Shown here piece by piece: positions 30,523 through 38,994 of a stretch of 62,891 nucleotides of DNA. Source of the DNA: Candidatus Omnitrophota bacterium (GTDB taxonomy: Bacteria > Omnitrophota > Gorgyraeia > Gygaellales > Profunditerraquicolaceae); assembly GCA_049517335.1 (NCBI GenBank), contig JBEKSD010000007.1, positions 1 to 62,891 on the forward strand. Reading direction: 5' to 3'. The notes below the pieces were generated by a model. That model saw nothing but the letters and a program-made list of their open reading frames with translations, was not told the origin of the DNA and ran no database searches. The translations under genes were made by a program, and so were the position numbers. Position 1 is the first letter of the stretch, and each line of letters opens with the position of its first letter.

Positions 30523-31851
30523 TTAATGTTGGATAATCTGTATAACTCTATCCACCCTTTCTTTTAATGTAATATTTTTATTTAATTCCCCCTTAATCTT
30601 ATTATAAGAATGTAAAACAGTTGTATGATCTTTCCCTCCAAAAAACTCTCCAATTTCCGGCAAAGAAAGATCGGTCAACTCTCTACTTAGATACATTGCT
30701 ATCTGGCGTGGGACAACAACAGTCTTATTTCTACGCCTATTTTTTAAATCCCCTAGGCTCATACCAAATTCTTCAGCCACACAGCGCTGGATAAAATCTA
30801 CCGTAATTAACTTTTTTGGCTCCCTAAGTAGGTCTTTTAACACCTCTTTAGTTAAACTTAAAGTAATCGGCTCCTCTTCCAGTAATGAATAAGCTATTGT
30901 CCGGATTAAAGCACCCTCCAATTCGCGTATATTAGTTTTAATGAGGTTGGCAATAAACGTAATAACATCGTCCGGTACCGTTACTGGCTCGCGCTCAATT
31001 TTCTTTTTTAATATCGCTACCCGCGTCTCAAAATCCGGTGGCTGGATATCAATAGTCAGACCCCAGCCAAATCGGGAAACAAGCCTTTCCTGTAAATTGG
31101 TGATTTCTTTCGGCGGCCGGTCCGAAGAGAGAACGATTTGTTTGTGCGCGTCATAAAGGGCGTTAAAAGTGTTAAAAAATTCTTCCTGCGTGGAGTCTCT
31201 GCCGGCGAAAAAATGGATGTCATCAATAACCAACAAATCAATATTGCGGTATTTCTGCCGGAACGCGCCTGTTGTATGGTGCTGGATACCGTGGATTAAT
31301 TCATTGGTAAAGCTTTCCGAAGGCAGATACGCCACTTTTACGTTTTCAGATTTATTCCGGATATGGTGGCAAATAGCCTGAATTAAGTGCGTTTTCCCCA
31401 AACCCACCCCTCCGTAAATAAAGAGCGGATTATAAGCTTTTGCCGGGGATTCGGCAACAGCCAAAGCATAAGCGTGGGCATGGCGGTTTGACGGCCCGAC
31501 AATAAAATTTTCAAATGTATAACGGGGGTTAAGGTTAAAACTACCGTAGGACTCTTTGGTTTTTATTAGTTCAGGGTTAATTATTGTTTTGCCGGATATG
31601 CCCGGTACCCCGGCAGTGATGTAAAGTTTTAATTGTTCGTTTGAGGCCGCCCTTAATGTTTCTTCAATGAGCCGGCTGTAATTTTTCTCAACCCATTCCT
31701 TAAAGAAGGTATCAGGAGCTTCAAGGCAAAGCTCCCCCCTTTCCGCCGGCTTGATTTTAAGCGGCAGGATCCAGGTTTCAAAAACCGTTGCTCCCAGTTT
31801 ATCTTTCAGGGTGTTTTGGGCTGCAGCCCAAGCCTGGGTAAGATTATCCAT
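30523..31851 (-). CDS. dnaA: Chromosomal replication initiator DnaA
   Basis: Start set at ATG 31851 (MDNLTQAW). [26 protein letters not shown]. Confidence 0.97.
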   Translation of the reverse strand: MDNLTQAWAAAQNTLKDKLGATVFETWILPLKIKPAERGELCLEAPDTFFKEWVEKNYSRLIEETLRAASNEQLKLYITAGVPGISGKTIINPELIKTKESYGSFNLNPRYTFENFIVGPSNRHAHAYALAVAESPAKAYNPLFIYGGVGLGKTHLIQAICHHIRNKSENVKVAYLPSESFTNELIHGIQHHTTGAFRQKYRNIDLLVIDDIHFFAGRDSTQEEFFNTFNALYDAHKQIVLSSDRPPKEITNLQERLVSRFGWGLTIDIQPPDFETRVAILKKKIEREPVTVPDDVITFIANLIKTNIRELEGALIRTIAYSLLEEEPITLSLTKEVLKDLLREPKKLITVDFIQRCVAEEFGMSLGDLKNRRRNKTVVVPRQIAMYLSRELTDLSLPEIGEFFGGKDHTTVLHSYNKIKGELNKNITLKERVDRVIQIIQH

Positions 31852-32097
31852 ATACAGAATTAACAGTTTATCCACATCTTGTATAAATCTGTGGAAAAAA
31901 TCAATATCAATTTTACCAGAGAATAAAGATAATACGGACCAAAAAGTTAAGCTCCAGTTATTATACAAGAATTTATTACGGCGTCAATAAAAAAGAAAAG
32001 ATATAAACAGGGAGAACACTTTTTGTTGACTAAATACGTCTTTATGTTATAATTTACAAACATTCCTAAAAACCGTTAATTCGGGGAGCAATAAGTA
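31852..32097. other. oriC part 2 (upstream of dnaA) with divergent promoters
   Basis: TTATCCACA 31868-31876 and tgtggaaaa 31890-31898. TTGACG-16-TATAAT (minus) and TTGACT-16-TATAAT (plus). Gene strand bias flips here. Confidence 0.75.
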
Positions 32098-32235
32098 ATG
32101 AAGAAAAATCTCAAGACGCCCACAAACATCGTCGGGAAAAAGAAGCACGGATTCCGACGTAGGATGGCCAGTAAGAACGGCAGGCAGGTCTTAAAACGCC
32201 GTCGCCATAAGGGCCGCAAAAAAATCTGCGTTTGA
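32098..32235 (+). CDS. rpmH: 50S ribosomal protein L34
   Basis: Not in ORF track. [45 protein letters not shown]. Confidence 0.92.
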   Translation: MKKNLKTPTNIVGKKKHGFRRRMASKNGRQVLKRRRHKGRKKICV

Positions 32236-32450
32236 TGTTACAACAAATTTTTATTAACCTGATTAAAATTTATCAGGTAACCTTAAGGCTGGTTTTACCC
32301 AAATCATGCCGCTTTAGCCCCAGCTGTTCGGATTATGCTATTGCCGCTTTAAGCAAATACGGTGTATTTCATGGTGGGTTTAAAGCAGCAGTCAGGCTCT
32401 GTCGTTGCCACCCGTTTTCCGGCAAGTCAGGGTATGACCCTTTAGAATAA
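32235..32450 (+). CDS. yidD: Membrane protein insertion efficiency factor
   Basis: CRFSPSCSDY, RLCRCHPF, GYDP. Confidence 0.93.
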   Translation: MLQQIFINLIKIYQVTLRLVLPKSCRFSPSCSDYAIAALSKYGVFHGGFKAAVRLCRCHPFSGKSGYDPLE

Positions 32451-32468
32451 GCTTACTTAGGAGAATTT

Positions 32469-33989
32469 ATGGAAAAGCGCCTCGTTATAACCATTGCTTT
32501 ATGTATTTTAGTGCTTTTAGCCTGGTCTTCTTTCGTTTCTAAGACACAACCAGTTGCTAATACTAATGTTACAACAAAAGTAATCCAACAACCGCTTGCT
32601 GTTCAACAGCTGGCAAAAGAAACCTCCCGCCCTGTTGAAACTTCCCTGTCTCAACTCCATCAAAAAATTGTATTGCCGGATGAAGAGATTGACTTTTTAG
32701 AAAACGATGCGGCAATAAATAAAGTATTATTTAAAGAGCGCAAAGATTATACTTTTCTACTGAAGGATTCTTTTTTTATAGATGATCAAAACCTGCAGTT
32801 TAAAACAGAAAATTCCGGGCCAAACTTTATTACTTTTGTTTATAGGGATGCCGGGAAGCGGATTAGAAAACATTTTGATTTTTCTAAATCTAAATACACC
32901 ATAGAGTTACAAATTAAAATAGAGAATATCTCCAATATCCCCCTTAAAATATCGTTTCCAATTATTTTAGGGACCCAAGATTTTTCTTCTACGAATAAAT
33001 TCGCGCAATATGAAGGCATGGTTGTGGCCACTAAAGAACAGGTTAAGCACTTGACATCCCGGAAAGATCTGAATTTCCCGGATATAAACTTTTTGGCCTT
33101 GCGCGACAGATATTTTTGTTTGATTGTTAAGCCGGATTCTGAAAGATATTTTGGCTTTAGTAAAAAAAGTAATGTCCAAACTGCTGAAATTGGGATAGTT
33201 ACTCCAGACTGGACAATTCCTGCAGGTGGGGAGATAATTGAGAATTTTAAAATTTATTTAGGCCCCCAAGACCTGCGCAGTATCAGCTCAGTCAATCCTA
33301 ATTGGGCGGCAGTTATTAATTACGGCACTTTTGATTTTATTTCACAAGTACTTTTACAGCTGCTTGAGTTTATATTTCGTATCCTGCACAACTGGGGCTG
33401 GACCTTGGTCGTATTTAGCCTGGTAATTTACCTGTTGCTTTATCCCCTGACCTTAAAGCAAATGCGCTCTATGAAAGAGATGCAAGCGTTGCAGCCAAAA
33501 ATTGAAGCTTTACGCCAAACTCACAAAGACAATCCTCAGAAACTCAATAAAGAGATAATGGAGCTGTATCGGGAACACAAAGTAAATCCTTTAGGTGGTT
33601 GCCTGCCGCTTCTGCTTCAGATGCCGATTTTCTTCGCCTTATATCAGGTGTTAATGCGCTCGGTGGCTTTGAGAGGAGCTAACTTCTTGTGGATTAAGGA
33701 TTTATCTGAACCAGACCGGCTTTTTCTCCTGCCTTTCACCTTACCGGTTTTAGGGAATGAGCTAAATATTTTACCTATTTTAATGACTATTGGAATGTTT
33801 ATCCAGCAAAAATTTTCTATGGCTAAAGCTGTTGGAGAAGCTGCAGAGCAACAAAAGATTATGTTGATTGTAATGCCGCTTATGTTCGGGCTTATTTTTT
33901 ACCGCATGCCCTCAGGATTGGTGCTGTATTGGTTTATAAATAGCAGCTTAATGTTGCTCAGTCAGATTAAAGCGAGTAGAGCAAAATGA
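32469..33989 (+). CDS. yidC: Membrane protein insertase YidC
   Basis: NWGWTLV, YPLTLKQMRSM, GGCLPLLLQMP, GLVLYW. Confidence 0.96.
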   Translation: MEKRLVITIALCILVLLAWSSFVSKTQPVANTNVTTKVIQQPLAVQQLAKETSRPVETSLSQLHQKIVLPDEEIDFLENDAAINKVLFKERKDYTFLLKDSFFIDDQNLQFKTENSGPNFITFVYRDAGKRIRKHFDFSKSKYTIELQIKIENISNIPLKISFPIILGTQDFSSTNKFAQYEGMVVATKEQVKHLTSRKDLNFPDINFLALRDRYFCLIVKPDSERYFGFSKKSNVQTAEIGIVTPDWTIPAGGEIIENFKIYLGPQDLRSISSVNPNWAAVINYGTFDFISQVLLQLLEFIFRILHNWGWTLVVFSLVIYLLLYPLTLKQMRSMKEMQALQPKIEALRQTHKDNPQKLNKEIMELYREHKVNPLGGCLPLLLQMPIFFALYQVLMRSVALRGANFLWIKDLSEPDRLFLLPFTLPVLGNELNILPILMTIGMFIQQKFSMAKAVGEAAEQQKIMLIVMPLMFGLIFYRMPSGLVLYWFINSSLMLLSQIKASRAK

Positions 33990-34186
33990 CACCTAAAATT
34001 AGCATAGAAGTAGAAGGCAAGACGGTCGCAGAGGCAATAAAAAAAGCGCTTAAGGAGTTAAAAGTCCCGCGCGATAAAGTGAAAATTGAAGTGCTTTCCG
34101 AGGAGGAAAAAGGTTTATTTGGAATGGAAGGAGCAAAACCAGCTAAAATCCGCGTAAGCACCATTAAAAGTAAAGATAATACTTGA
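33986..34186 (+). CDS. Stand-alone Jag N-terminal domain protein
   Basis: IEVEGKTVAEAIKKALKEL...KGLFG...AKIRV; stops after 66 aa with no KH or R3H domain. Confidence 0.85.
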   Translation: MTPKISIEVEGKTVAEAIKKALKELKVPRDKVKIEVLSEEEKGLFGMEGAKPAKIRVSTIKSKDNT

Positions 34187-34231
34187 CAAATTGCCATATT
34201 TTAAGATAATAAATTATAATCGTTTTTGGAA

Positions 34232-34247
34232 TGTTCCACGTAGCACA
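34232..34247. promoter_or_regulatory. parS-like site upstream of parA
   Basis: TGTTCCACGTAGCACA, two mismatches from TGTTCCACGTGGAACA, downstream of TTGACA at 34183. Confidence 0.65.
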
Positions 34248-34269
34248 ATTCATAAGTTATTAATTTACA

Positions 34270-35061
34270 ATGGGTAAGATAGTTACAATTTGTAACCAGA
34301 AGGGCGGCACTGGCAAAACTACGTCGGCAATCAATATCGCGGTTTATTTGGCTTTAGCTGGCAAGAAAGTTGTATTAATAGACCTTGATCCTCAAGCCAA
34401 TGCCACAAGCGGCATAGGCATTAATAAACATCAAATTACCAAAAGTACCTACCATATCCTTCTTGAAGAAGCAGAATTAAAAGAATTATTACAGCCATCG
34501 GCAATTCCAAATCTATGGGTAGCTCCATCCAATCTGGATTTAACCGGAGCAGAAGTAGAACTGGTGGGAGTACTCGGCCGTGAATACAGATTAAAACGGG
34601 CGCTGCAAAAAGAAAAGGATAATTTTGATTTCATGATTATTGATTCTCCTCCGTCATTAGGCCTTTTAACTATCAATGGTCTTTGCGCTGCCGACTCGGT
34701 AATTATTCCCGTGCAATGCGAATTTTACGCGTTGGAAGGCTTAACGCAACTATCTAATACTGTTAGGCTTGTGAAAGATAATTTGAATCCGAATTTAGTA
34801 ATTGAAGGCGTGCTTTTAACCATGGCTGATTACCGCACCAACCTTACAAAAGAGGTCATTGATGAAGCGAGGAATTATTTTAAAGAAAAAGTTTATCAAA
34901 CAGTAATTCCGCGCAACATCCGGCTTACTGAGTCTCCCAGTTACGGCAAACCAATCGCGTTATATGATAAGGAATCTTTGGGCGCGCAAAAATATGAAGA
35001 ATTATCCAGAGAAATTTTAGGCCTGGCTATCAAATCAACTTCAATTAAAGGAGAGGCATAA
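34270..35061 (+). CDS. parA: ParA/Soj ATPase
   Basis: NQKGGTGKTT, DLDPQAN, DSPPSLG. Confidence 0.96.
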   Translation: MGKIVTICNQKGGTGKTTSAINIAVYLALAGKKVVLIDLDPQANATSGIGINKHQITKSTYHILLEEAELKELLQPSAIPNLWVAPSNLDLTGAEVELVGVLGREYRLKRALQKEKDNFDFMIIDSPPSLGLLTINGLCAADSVIIPVQCEFYALEGLTQLSNTVRLVKDNLNPNLVIEGVLLTMADYRTNLTKEVIDEARNYFKEKVYQTVIPRNIRLTESPSYGKPIALYDKESLGAQKYEELSREILGLAIKSTSIKGEA

Positions 35062-35927
35062 TGGAAAGAAGAGCTTTAGGCAAGGGAATCAGCGCTTTAA
35101 TTCCTGAGAAGGAAATAACTGAAAGCGGGCAGAAAAAAGTAGAGATACTTTTTGTTCAATCTGATACCATCAAGCCCAATCCTTTTCAACCCCGCGAAGA
35201 TTTTGATACCCAGAGCATTGAAGAGCTGGCCATGTCTATTAAAGAAAAAGGGGTGATTCAGCCGCTTCTGGTGCGCCGTAAAGGCAATGACTTTGAGCTG
35301 ATTGCTGGCGAACGAAGGTTGCGTGCTTGCAACTCATTGGGATTAAAGGAGATACCGATTATTATCAAGGAAGTTGAGGATAAGGATTCATTGGAGCTTG
35401 CATTAATTGAAAATATTCAAAGAGAGAGTTTGAACCCGATAGAAGAAGCGCACGCGTTTCAGCACCTGATTGATAAATTTCAGGTAACGCAGGAGAAAAT
35501 CAGTGAGGTTTTAGGTAAAGGCAGGACGACTATTACGAATACCTTGCGTCTCCTAAGCCTGCCGCATGAAATCCAGCAGGAATTAAAGCAGGGCAGGATT
35601 TCTTTCGGCCACGGCAGGGCCTTGCTTGAAATAGATGACCATAACCAGCAGCGAAGGCTTGTGCAGGAAATAATTTCAAAAGGCCTCTCAGTAAGGGAAT
35701 TGGAAAGTTTGATTAAGGTGCAGCGGCCAAAAATGCCCAAACGCAGGATAGGCGCTTCCACGCGCGACCCGCATGTTGCGGTTCTTGAGGAAGAAATGCA
35801 GCACCTTTTAGCAACTAAGGTGAGGGTGAGCAAAAGAAAAAAGCGCGGGCACATTTTAATTGAATTCTACTCGGAAGATGAACTAGAGAGGCTGATGAAT
35901 ATATTTAGAGGAGGCAGAAAGCAATGA
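35061..35927 (+). CDS. parB: ParB/Spo0J
   Basis: RALGKG, QPR, IAGERRLRA, HTH. Confidence 0.96.
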   Translation: MERRALGKGISALIPEKEITESGQKKVEILFVQSDTIKPNPFQPREDFDTQSIEELAMSIKEKGVIQPLLVRRKGNDFELIAGERRLRACNSLGLKEIPIIIKEVEDKDSLELALIENIQRESLNPIEEAHAFQHLIDKFQVTQEKISEVLGKGRTTITNTLRLLSLPHEIQQELKQGRISFGHGRALLEIDDHNQQRRLVQEIISKGLSVRELESLIKVQRPKMPKRRIGASTRDPHVAVLEEEMQHLLATKVRVSKRKKRGHILIEFYSEDELERLMNIFRGGRKQ

Positions 35928-36427
35928 ATCAGGCGGCATTAGTTTTAATTAAACCCGATGGCCTGAAGAAATCGTTAACAGGCAATATTCTGACGCGGCT
36001 GTCGGAAACAAAACTTGAGATTGTCGCGGCAAAAATGATCCGCGTGACCAAAGAGTTGGCGGAAGAGCATTATAAGCACCTTAAGGACAAACCGTTTTTT
36101 AACGATTTAATAAAATATATTCAGGGCGAACTGCATGACCGTAAAAAGGTCATGGCCCTCATTTACTGGGGGAAGGATGCGATAAAAAAATGTCGTGAAC
36201 TGGCAGGCGCAACCAACCCGGAAGAAGCTGAGCCTACTTCCATTAGGGGCTCATACGGCCGCATCACCACTTCCGGGGTTTATGAAAATGTCATCCACGT
36301 CTCTTCCGACGAAAAAGATGCGGAAAGAGAGATTAAGCTCTGGTTTGACCCGGATGAAATTATCGTTACTCTGTATCCGGTTAAGGAAAAAATAGAAAAA
36401 GAGTTATCCAGAAAGGTTTGGGCGTAG
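35924..36427 (+). CDS. ndk: Nucleoside-diphosphate kinase
   Basis: LIKPDG, GATNP, ENVIHVS. Confidence 0.92.
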   Translation: MNQAALVLIKPDGLKKSLTGNILTRLSETKLEIVAAKMIRVTKELAEEHYKHLKDKPFFNDLIKYIQGELHDRKKVMALIYWGKDAIKKCRELAGATNPEEAEPTSIRGSYGRITTSGVYENVIHVSSDEKDAEREIKLWFDPDEIIVTLYPVKEKIEKELSRKVWA

Positions 36428-36430
36428 GCT

Positions 36431-37258
36431 ATGGTTAAGAGTATGACCGGTTTCGGCAGCAAAGAAGCGCAATTAGCGCCGTTTGGCAAGGTGAGCGTTG
36501 AATTAAGAAGCACGAACCATAAATTCTTAGAAAGCGTGTTTCATCTGCCCGAAGGATTCCTTTCTCTGGAAGACAGGATAAAAAAAGAAATTGAAACCAG
36601 GCTCAAGAGGGGCAGGGTTACCTGCGCCATTAATATATCCGGCTCAAAAGACTCCCGGGTTTTTATCAATAGAGGGCTTTTAAAAAAATATATTGCGGGC
36701 TTAAAGAGCATAAAAAAAGAATTCGGCATAAGAGAAGAGTTCAGTGTTAATACCCTGATACATTTGCCGGGAATTTTATCGTTGGAAGAAAATAATATCC
36801 CCGCTTCTAGCATTTGGCCGCGCCTTAAAATTTTACTTAACGCAGCCTTAGATGAATTGGTTAAAATGCGCGCGAAAGAAGGCCGTGCCTTGTTCGGTTT
36901 TTTTAAGAATAAAGCTGACAGCCTTGATAAAGGCCTTAAAGCGGTGAGGGCGAGCTTTAAGACAGCAGCAGCAAAAAAAGTAAAACAGCTGACTTGCGCT
37001 GAGGAACGCTCTGCGTTTCTAAAGGATGCGGATATAACCGAAGAGATGGAGCGTTTAACTTTCCACGTGCGGAATTTTAAGAGCAAACTCTCTAAAAATA
37101 TCCCGGTAGGTAAAGAGCTTGATTTTATCGCTCAGGAAATGCAGCGCGAAGCCAACACCATGGCGGCTAAGTCTTTTGACGCGGGCGTTTCCGCGAAAGT
37201 AGTGCAGATGAAGAGCCAGATTGAAAAGATACGGGAACAGGTGCAGAACATAGAGTGA
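36431..37258 (+). CDS. YicC/YloC family endoribonuclease
   Basis: KSMTGFG, GKELDFIAQEMQREANT, IREQVQNIE. Confidence 0.92.
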   Translation: MVKSMTGFGSKEAQLAPFGKVSVELRSTNHKFLESVFHLPEGFLSLEDRIKKEIETRLKRGRVTCAINISGSKDSRVFINRGLLKKYIAGLKSIKKEFGIREEFSVNTLIHLPGILSLEENNIPASSIWPRLKILLNAALDELVKMRAKEGRALFGFFKNKADSLDKGLKAVRASFKTAAAKKVKQLTCAEERSAFLKDADITEEMERLTFHVRNFKSKLSKNIPVGKELDFIAQEMQREANTMAAKSFDAGVSAKVVQMKSQIEKIREQVQNIE

Positions 37259-37863
37259 AAAGCATTGCGCAAAATAAGGGCAAGGTAATTGTTATTTCCG
37301 GGCCTTCAGGTTCCGGGAAAACTACCCTGCGCGACTACCTGCTAAAAGACAGGAAAACTCAAAAGCTCTTTGTAAAATCGGTTTCTTTTACCACCCGGAA
37401 GATGCGCACTGGGGAACGGGAAGGAAGGGACTATTTCTATATTTCAGAGCCCGAGTTTAAACGTAAATTACGCGCAGGAAAAATCCTTGAATGGACGCAC
37501 TATCTGGGTTATTATTACGCCACGTCAGGCGATTTTGTCGCCGGGGAGCTACGCAAAGGCAAAAATATCCTTTTATGTCTTGATTTAAAAGGGGCGCGGA
37601 AAATCAGGAAATTATTTCCGGCAAGTTCGGTTACGATTTTTATCAAGCCACCGTCTATAAAAGAATTAAAGAAACGTATCGAGCAGCGCTGCAGGAAAAC
37701 TTGCGCAAATGAGACCGGCAGGCGTTTAGAACTGGCAGAAACAGAGCTATTAGCTGCTTCAAAGTATGACTATGTGATAGTGAATAAGAATTTTAAAGGA
37801 GCATTAGAGAGGCTGCGGAAAATTATATCAAAGGAAATTATGGTTAATAAAGGAGCGAGGTAA
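37255..37863 (+). CDS. gmk: Guanylate kinase
   Basis: SGPSGSGKTT, TTRKMR, GRDY. Confidence 0.95.
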   Translation: MKSIAQNKGKVIVISGPSGSGKTTLRDYLLKDRKTQKLFVKSVSFTTRKMRTGEREGRDYFYISEPEFKRKLRAGKILEWTHYLGYYYATSGDFVAGELRKGKNILLCLDLKGARKIRKLFPASSVTIFIKPPSIKELKKRIEQRCRKTCANETGRRLELAETELLAASKYDYVIVNKNFKGALERLRKIISKEIMVNKGAR

Positions 37864-37866
37864 ATT

Positions 37867-38076
37867 ATGGCTTACGTCGGAAGAGAGAAACTGCTTGATA
37901 AAAGCTGTAATTCAATTTATAAGCTGGTGATTTTATCCGCGAAAAGGGCGCTTGAGATTGCCGAAGGCCAGCCCAAGCTTGTGGATATGCCTGCTGCCAC
38001 AAAGCCTTCAACAGTAGCGCTTAATGAAATCGCCGAAGGCAAGATTGAATGCAGGAAGACAAAAACTAAGGAATAA
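37867..38076 (+). CDS. rpoZ: RNA polymerase omega subunit
   Basis: SIYKLVILSAKRA, KPSTVALNEI; follows gmk. Confidence 0.9.
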   Translation: MAYVGREKLLDKSCNSIYKLVILSAKRALEIAEGQPKLVDMPAATKPSTVALNEIAEGKIECRKTKTKE

Positions 38077-38081
38077 ATCAG

Positions 38082-38621
38082 GTGGCAGAGAAGAATATAA
38101 TCCTGGGGGTTACGGCTAGTATTGCCATTTATAAAGCCTGCGATATTGTACGTAAGCTTACCGGCGAAGGGTTTAAGCTTTCTGTGGTAATGACGCAAGA
38201 ATCCACCGAGCTTATCCGGCCGATAGTCTTTCAAAGCCTGTCAGGCAATAAAGTTTATCAAGGTATGTTTGAGGCGCCCGACGCGTGGGAGATTGAGCAT
38301 ATTTCATTGGCGGATAAAGCTGATTTGGTTTTGGTTGCACCCGCTACCGCCAATATTATCGCTAAGGTTGCCTCCGGCATCAGTGATGATTTACTGACTT
38401 GCGTCATCGCGGCGACAAAGTCCCCTGTTTTATTCGCTCCGGCAATGAATGAGAATATGTATAAAAACAAGATCACGCAGGGAAACATTAAGAAGCTGGA
38501 GTCATTCGGGTATAAGTTTGTCGGGCCGGCTGAAGGTAGGCTTGCCTGCGGCAGGAGCGGTTTAGGCTGCTTGGCCAGCGTCGAAGAAATTGTCCGGGTA
38601 GTAAAAAGTACTGTGAAATAA
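38082..38621 (+). CDS. coaC: Phosphopantothenoylcysteine decarboxylase (CoaC domain only)
   Basis: GVTASIAIYKA, APATAN, PAMNENM, LACG; ends before any CoaB domain. Confidence 0.88.
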   Translation: MAEKNIILGVTASIAIYKACDIVRKLTGEGFKLSVVMTQESTELIRPIVFQSLSGNKVYQGMFEAPDAWEIEHISLADKADLVLVAPATANIIAKVASGISDDLLTCVIAATKSPVLFAPAMNENMYKNKITQGNIKKLESFGYKFVGPAEGRLACGRSGLGCLASVEEIVRVVKSTVK

Positions 38622-38626
38622 ATTAC

Positions 38627-38701
38627 GGCGTGGTAGCCAAGTGGCAAGGCAGCGGTCTGCAAAACCGCTATTCACCGGTTCGAATCCGGTCCACGCCTCC
38701 A
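38627..38701 (+). tRNA. tRNA-Cys(GCA)
   Basis: GCGGT-CT-GCA-AA-ACCGC anticodon arm; CCA encoded. Confidence 0.96.
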
Positions 38702-38716
38702 CTTTTGTGATAATAA

Positions 38717-38799
38717 GGGCAAGTGGTGGAATGGCATACACGAAGGACTTAAAATCCTTTGGCCGTAAGGTCGTGAGGGTTCAACTCCCTCCTTGCCCA
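38717..38799 (+). tRNA. tRNA-Leu(TAA)
   Basis: AAGGA-CT-TAA-AA-TCCTT anticodon arm; long variable arm. Confidence 0.95.
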
Positions 38800-38824
38800 G
38801 TAAACATAATTAAGTAATAGATAC

Positions 38825-38898
38825 GGGCTCATAGCTCAGTTGGTTAGAGCGTTGCGTTGACATCGCAAAGGTCTGAGGTCCGAGTCCTCATGGGCCCA
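38825..38898 (+). tRNA. tRNA-Val(GAC)
   Basis: TTGCG-TT-GAC-AT-CGCAA anticodon arm; T-loop reads TCCGAGT. Confidence 0.92.
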
Positions 38899-38994
38899 TT
38901 AAAATTTTGCGACAAGCAAAATTTTAATGACACTAAAGCGAGCGTTAAACGCCCCGGCAAGGGGTGTAGTGAGCGTAGTGCCACAAAGGTGATT

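Noticed and set aside
31852-31968. ORF-track N-terminal extension of DnaA (also ThrS from 38857 and the 71-aa version of 5954..6169)
   Set aside because: The extensions run through DnaA boxes, promoter or tRNA sequence. Downstream ATGs fit the family N-termini or RBS better.
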